Shown: piece after piece, positions 59,130-63,721 of the stretch
Numbering within the stretch: the stretch's first letter is position 1
How the letters are laid out: each line of letters begins with the position of its first letter
From: an uncultured Lichenihabitans sp.
Lineage (GTDB): Bacteria; Pseudomonadota; Alphaproteobacteria; Rhizobiales; Beijerinckiaceae
NCBI GenBank assembly: GCA_964252585.1
Contig: CAXUOD010000003.1
Span: 1-63,721, forward strand
Length of the DNA: 63,721 bases
Direction of reading: 5' to 3'
Notes under the pieces: generated by a model
Told to the model about the DNA's origin: nothing
Database searches by the model: none
What the model saw: only the letters and a program-made list of their open reading frames with translations
Translations under genes and position numbers: made by a program

Positions 59130-59965
59130 CGACGACAGAACCCCGCGCCACCGTGCCGCCGCTCACGGCCTACGCACCCGCGCATGTGGCGCTCGCCGTC
59201 GAGCGCGGCATCGCCACGCTCACGCTGAACCGGCCCGAACGAAAGAACCCGTTGACCTTCGACTCCTACGCGGAACTCGTCGGCATCTTCCGGGCCGCCA
59301 GGTCGGACGAGTCCGTGAAGGTCTTCGTGCTTTCCGGAGCGGGCGGCAACTTCTCATCGGGCGGCGACGTGTTCGAGATCATCGGCCCGTTGGTGGCCAT
59401 GAAGACCAAGGACCTGTTGCGGTTCACCGCAATGACGGGCGACCTCGTCAAGGCGATGCGGGCCTGCCCGCAGCCGGTTATCGCGGCGGTCGACGGCGTC
59501 TGCGCGGGCGCGGGCGCCATCATGGCCATGGCGTCGGACATGCGTCTCGCAACTCCCGCGGCCAAGGTCGCGTTCCTGTTCAACCGTGTCGGGCTCGCGG
59601 GTTGCGACATGGGGGCCTGCGCGATCCTGCCCCGCCTGATCGGCCAGGGCCGCGCGAGCGAACTGCTCTACACGGGCCGCTCTCTGTCCGGCGCGGAAGG
59701 CGAACGCTGGGGCTTCTTCAACCGGTTGGTCGAGGCATCCGATCTCATGGCGGCGGCACACGACCTCGCCCGCAGCATCGCGGAAGGGCCGACCTTTGCG
59801 ACCGGGCTGACCAAGCGCATGCTTCATATGGAATGGGCCATGGGCGTCGACGACGCCATCGAGGCCGAGGCCGTGGCGCAGGCGCTGTGCATGAAAACCG
59901 AGGATTTCGGCCGCGCCTATCGGGCCTTTGCCGGCAAGACGAAGCCCGTGTTCCAGGGTGACTGA
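59126..59965 (+). CDS. Enoyl-CoA hydratase family protein
   Basis: [38 protein letters not shown]; GGAGGAG RBS and GTG. Confidence 0.92.
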   Translation: MTTTEPRATVPPLTAYAPAHVALAVERGIATLTLNRPERKNPLTFDSYAELVGIFRAARSDESVKVFVLSGAGGNFSSGGDVFEIIGPLVAMKTKDLLRFTAMTGDLVKAMRACPQPVIAAVDGVCAGAGAIMAMASDMRLATPAAKVAFLFNRVGLAGCDMGACAILPRLIGQGRASELLYTGRSLSGAEGERWGFFNRLVEASDLMAAAHDLARSIAEGPTFATGLTKRMLHMEWAMGVDDAIEAEAVAQALCMKTEDFGRAYRAFAGKTKPVFQGD

Positions 59966-59968
59966 CCC

Positions 59969-61162
59969 ATGCCCGACCTCAGTTTCCTGTCCTGGCCGTT
60001 CTTCGGTGCCGCGCATGCGGACCTCCGCGAAGCCGCGGCCCGCTTCGCGGCCGACCGCGTGGCGCCGCTCGTCGACCACCACGACGTCGATCGCAGCTGC
60101 CGCCGGCTCGTAGCGGCGCTGGGCGACGCCGGTCTGACCCGCCACGCCGTGACGGCGCCGTACGGTGGTCTCGCGGAACGCCTCGACGTACGGTCGCTCT
60201 GCCTCATCCGCGAGACGCTCGCCTATGCGTCCGGCCTCGCGGATTTCGCCTTCGCCATGCAGGGCCTCGGGTCCGGCCCGATCACGCTCTTCGGTACGCA
60301 CGAGCAGAAGCGGCGCTGGCTCCCCGACGTCGCGACCGGACGGGCGGTCGCGGCCTTCGCCCTGTCGGAGCCGGAGGCGGGTTCGGATTTAGCGGCGCTG
60401 GCCTGCGCGGCCGAACCCGATGGGCCCGATCACGTTCGCCTCAGGGGCGAGAAGACCTGGATCTCCAACGGCGGGATCGCGGACCGCTACGTGGTGTTCT
60501 GCCGAACCGGCGAGGCTCTCGGCGTCAAGGGCCTGTCGGCTTTCGTCGTCGAGGCGGGCGTGCCGGGTTTCGCGATCGTCGAACGGCTCGACACGATCGC
60601 GCCACATCCCCTGGCCCGTCTCCGCTTCGACGATTGCCGCCTCCCCGTTTCGCAGCGCATCGGCGCTCCGGGCGAGGGCTTCAAGATCGCAATGGCGACC
60701 CTCGACGTTTTCCGCTCGACCGTTGGGGCAGCGGCGCTCGGGCTGGGCCGGCGGGCTCTCGACGAGACGCTCGACCGCGTGACGACACGGCGCCTCTACG
60801 GCGGCGCGATGGCCTATATGCCGGCCGTCCAGGGCCACCTGGCCGACATGGCGCTCGACATCGACACCGCCGCGCTGACCGTCTACCGCGCGGCCTGGGC
60901 CAAGGACAACGGAGCCGCCCGCATCAGCCGCGAAGCCTCGATGGCCAAGCTGCAAGGCACCGAGGCGGCGAGCCGGGTCATCGATACCGCGGTTCAGCTG
61001 CATGGCGGCGACGGCGTCCGCCAGGGATCGAAGGTCGAGGAACTCTACCGCGAAGTGCGGGCGCTCCGCATCTACGAGGGCGCGACCGACGTGCAGAAGG
61101 TTATCATTGCGCGCCAGACCATGGCCGACCACGCGGCCCGCAAGGACGCGGGTCGCGTATGA
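59969..61162 (+). CDS. Acyl-CoA dehydrogenase family protein
   Basis: [51 protein letters not shown]. Confidence 0.93.
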   Translation: MPDLSFLSWPFFGAAHADLREAAARFAADRVAPLVDHHDVDRSCRRLVAALGDAGLTRHAVTAPYGGLAERLDVRSLCLIRETLAYASGLADFAFAMQGLGSGPITLFGTHEQKRRWLPDVATGRAVAAFALSEPEAGSDLAALACAAEPDGPDHVRLRGEKTWISNGGIADRYVVFCRTGEALGVKGLSAFVVEAGVPGFAIVERLDTIAPHPLARLRFDDCRLPVSQRIGAPGEGFKIAMATLDVFRSTVGAAALGLGRRALDETLDRVTTRRLYGGAMAYMPAVQGHLADMALDIDTAALTVYRAAWAKDNGAARISREASMAKLQGTEAASRVIDTAVQLHGGDGVRQGSKVEELYREVRALRIYEGATDVQKVIIARQTMADHAARKDAGRV

Positions 61163-63216
61163 CCGGAACCGTCGTAACGCTCGACCGCCACGCCGACATC
61201 GCGATCCTCACGATCGACAATCCACCCGTCAACGCGACCGGGCAGGCGGTCCGGGCGGGCCTTGTCCGGGCCGCCGACGCGATCGCGGCCGACCCGGAGA
61301 TCCGCGGTGTCGTGCTGGTCTGTGCCGGGCGGACCTTCGTGGCCGGGGCCGAAGTCACCGAGTTCGGCCAAGCGCCCGCGGCGCCGTCGCTCCGCGACGT
61401 CATCGCGGCAATCGATGGGCTCGCGAAGCCGGTGGTCGCGGTTCTGCACGGCACGGCGCTCGGTGGGGGGCTCGAACTCGCCCTCGGCTGCCACTACCGC
61501 CTGATCGATCCGCTGGGCGCCGTCGGGCTGCCGGAAGTCACCCTCGGCATCATCCCGGGCGCGGGCGGTACGCAGCGCCTCCCACGTCTCATCGGCATCG
61601 CGCCGGCGCTCGACCTGATCACCACGGGCCGCCGCGTGGCCGCGGCGGAAGCGCTGCGGCTCGGCATCGTGGACGCGGTCACCAGCGGGGATCGGCTGGC
61701 CTTTGCCCTCGCGTTCCTCCGCGAGCGGCTCGCGAGCCCTCTCGGCGGCCTGTCGAATCGACCCCTGCCATGGCCGGAGCCCGTCGCCATCGCGACGGCT
61801 CGTGCGGCGGTGGCCAGGACGTTTCCCGGCCAAGGCGCGCCGGTCCGGGCCATCGATGTCGTGACGGGCAGCGCCGGGCTCGGTTTCGAAGCCGGGCTCG
61901 CGCTCGAACGCGCGGTCTTCGAGGAGCTCCGCGGCTCGGCGCAGGCGACGGCGCTGCGGCACATCTTTTTCGCCGAACGGGGGACCGCGAAGGTTCCGGG
62001 CCTCGGATCCTCGCGCCCGCTCGAACGGATCGGCATCGTCGGCGGCGGCACCATGGGGGCCGGCATTGCGGCGGCCTGCCTCCTCGCAGGCTTGCGGGTC
62101 GCGCTTATCGAGCGCGACGAGGCATCCCTGGTGGCCGGGCGCGACCGTCTCGCCCACCTGCTCGCCGAAGCCGAGAGGCGGGGCAAGCTCTCCGCCGACC
62201 TGCACGCCGACATCGTCGCCGAACGCCTCGTGACCGCGGTGGACATGGCGGCCTTGGCCGAGGCCGACCTCATCATCGAAGCGGTGTTCGAGTCGATGGC
62301 GGTGAAGCAGGACGTGTTTCGGGCGCTCGACCGCGTCGCCAAGCCCGGCGCGGTTCTCGCCACCAACACGTCCTACCTCGACGTCGCCGCGATCGCGGCC
62401 GTGACGGCCCGGCCGGCCGACGTGATCGGCCTGCATTTCTTTTCCCCCGCTCACGTCATGAAACTGCTGGAGATTGTGGTACCGACGACCGCCGGGGCCG
62501 ATGCGGTCGCGACCGGCTTCGCCCTGGCGAAGCGGCTCGGCAAGCTCGGGGTCTGGGCCGGCAACGCCGAGGGCTTCATCGGCAACCGCGTCCTCTCGGC
62601 CTATCGTCGCGCGGCCGAGCAGATGGTCGAGGACGGGGCCTCGCCCTACGATGTGGACGCGGCCTTCATCGACTTCGGTTTTCCCATCGGACTCTATGCC
62701 ATGCAGGACATGGCCGGCCTGGATATCGGCTGGGCCACCCGCAAACGCCTCGCCCCGACCCGCGATCCCGCCGAGCGCTATGTCGCGATCTCGGACCGTA
62801 TCTGCGAGCGAGGCTGGTTCGGGCGCAAGACCGGCCGCGGCTATTACATTTACGAGAACAAATCCGTCGCGCCGAATCCGGAGGTGGCGGGCATCGTGGC
62901 CGACGAACGGCGTGCCAAGGGCACCGCAACGCGGAGCTTCTCCAGTGCCGAAATCCAGGAGCGCATCCTCGTCGCCGCCGTGAACGAGGGGGCGAAGATC
63001 CTCGACGCCGGCATCGCGCTCCGGGCCGGCGACATCGACGTCGTGATGGTCAACGGCTACGGGTTCCCGCGCTGGCGCGGCGGCCCCATGCAGGCCGCGA
63101 ACGCCGCAGGGCTGTCCTGGATCGGGGCCCGCCTCGCAGCGCTCGAGAACGGCGATCCCCTCTGGAGGGTCGCCCCGCTCATCGCGCGCCTCGCTTCGGA
63201 GGGAGGGTCGTTCTGA
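61159..63216 (+). CDS. Bifunctional enoyl-CoA hydratase / 3-hydroxyacyl-CoA dehydrogenase
   Basis: [67 protein letters not shown]; ATGA overlap. Confidence 0.93.
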   Translation: MTGTVVTLDRHADIAILTIDNPPVNATGQAVRAGLVRAADAIAADPEIRGVVLVCAGRTFVAGAEVTEFGQAPAAPSLRDVIAAIDGLAKPVVAVLHGTALGGGLELALGCHYRLIDPLGAVGLPEVTLGIIPGAGGTQRLPRLIGIAPALDLITTGRRVAAAEALRLGIVDAVTSGDRLAFALAFLRERLASPLGGLSNRPLPWPEPVAIATARAAVARTFPGQGAPVRAIDVVTGSAGLGFEAGLALERAVFEELRGSAQATALRHIFFAERGTAKVPGLGSSRPLERIGIVGGGTMGAGIAAACLLAGLRVALIERDEASLVAGRDRLAHLLAEAERRGKLSADLHADIVAERLVTAVDMAALAEADLIIEAVFESMAVKQDVFRALDRVAKPGAVLATNTSYLDVAAIAAVTARPADVIGLHFFSPAHVMKLLEIVVPTTAGADAVATGFALAKRLGKLGVWAGNAEGFIGNRVLSAYRRAAEQMVEDGASPYDVDAAFIDFGFPIGLYAMQDMAGLDIGWATRKRLAPTRDPAERYVAISDRICERGWFGRKTGRGYYIYENKSVAPNPEVAGIVADERRAKGTATRSFSSAEIQERILVAAVNEGAKILDAGIALRAGDIDVVMVNGYGFPRWRGGPMQAANAAGLSWIGARLAALENGDPLWRVAPLIARLASEGGSF

Positions 63217-63242
63217 CCACAACGTCTGAAAGTTCTCACCCG

Positions 63243-63355
63243 CCTCCATGCTGAGCCGGCCTGCAGGGCCGTGTCGAAGCACGCGGGGCCGGTCGCGAGA
63301 ACCCTGGAGCATCCTTCGACACGACCGCGTTCCGCGGTCGGCTCAGGATGAGGCG
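63243..63355. repeat. Palindromic repeat family A, copy 3 (inverted relative to copy 1)
   Basis: The reverse complement begins cgcctcatcctgagccgaccgcggaacgcggtcgtgtcga, identical to 2561 onward; lies between convergent genes. Confidence 0.8.
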
Positions 63356-63496
63356 TGTAGACCACGAGTCAGTATCGTCCGTCGTTGTTATGGGACAGTT
63401 TTTTCGATGCCGCCTAGCTCGGGATTTGACCTATATCGCTAGTCTTGCCACTCACATCGAAAATGTTGACATCCTCCTCAGCTCGAAGCGACCCCA

Positions 63497-63721
63497 TTAT
63501 CGCGGAAGGACCGCAGTCGCCTCGATCTCGAGTTTCGCCGCCGGCTCGACCAATCGCACCACCTGCACGGCCGCCATTGCCGGGAAGTTCCGGCCGAAGA
63601 CGGCGCGGTAGGCGGTTCCGAGGTCGCGGGGCGACGCCAGGTACTCGTCCATGTCGGTCACGTACCAGGTCAGCCGGACGAGATGCTCCGGGCCGGCGCC
63701 GGCCTCGGCCAGGATGGCCGC
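63497..63721 (-). CDS. RidA/YjgF-family protein (3' part; starts beyond right edge)
   Basis: Manual reading: ...[26 protein letters not shown]...[37 protein letters not shown]. Confidence 0.88.
   Translation of the reverse strand, partial: AAILAEAGAGPEHLVRLTWYVTDMDEYLASPRDLGTAYRAVFGRNFPAMAAVQVVRLVEPAAKLEIEATAVLPR

Overview
GC-rich alphaproteobacterial chromosome segment (Hyphomicrobiales-like, inferred from gene content and regulatory motifs). From left to right it holds: the secA 5' part, a parvulin PPIase, proB, DUF1810 and a CorA-family gene; an OFA-family transporter, LysR and fdsGBAD formate dehydrogenase locus; a general-stress operon (two YsnF/AvaK proteins plus DUF72) behind a perfect EcfG-type promoter; an AT-richer GT2 plus membrane-protein cassette; a glycosyltransferase cluster with three enzyme fusions (GT-Glf, GT4-Gfo/Idh/MocA, GT4-glycoside hydrolase); an aromatic amino-acid lyase homologue lacking the MIO-forming Ala-Ser-Gly, next to an MFS transporter; a small gene with a LexA box; an MmgR/suhB-type sRNA; an orphan HlyB-type T1SS transporter; and a ~25 kb aromatic-CoA catabolic island that continues past the right edge (thiolase, two phytoene-desaturase-like flavoproteins, two MarR, aryl-CoA ligase, OYE, IorAB, Dpp-type ABC system, exported VOC enzyme, beta-oxidation genes, RidA). 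No rRNA, tRNA, CRISPR array or transposase was recognised. All product calls come from motif recognition by eye, not from database searches.
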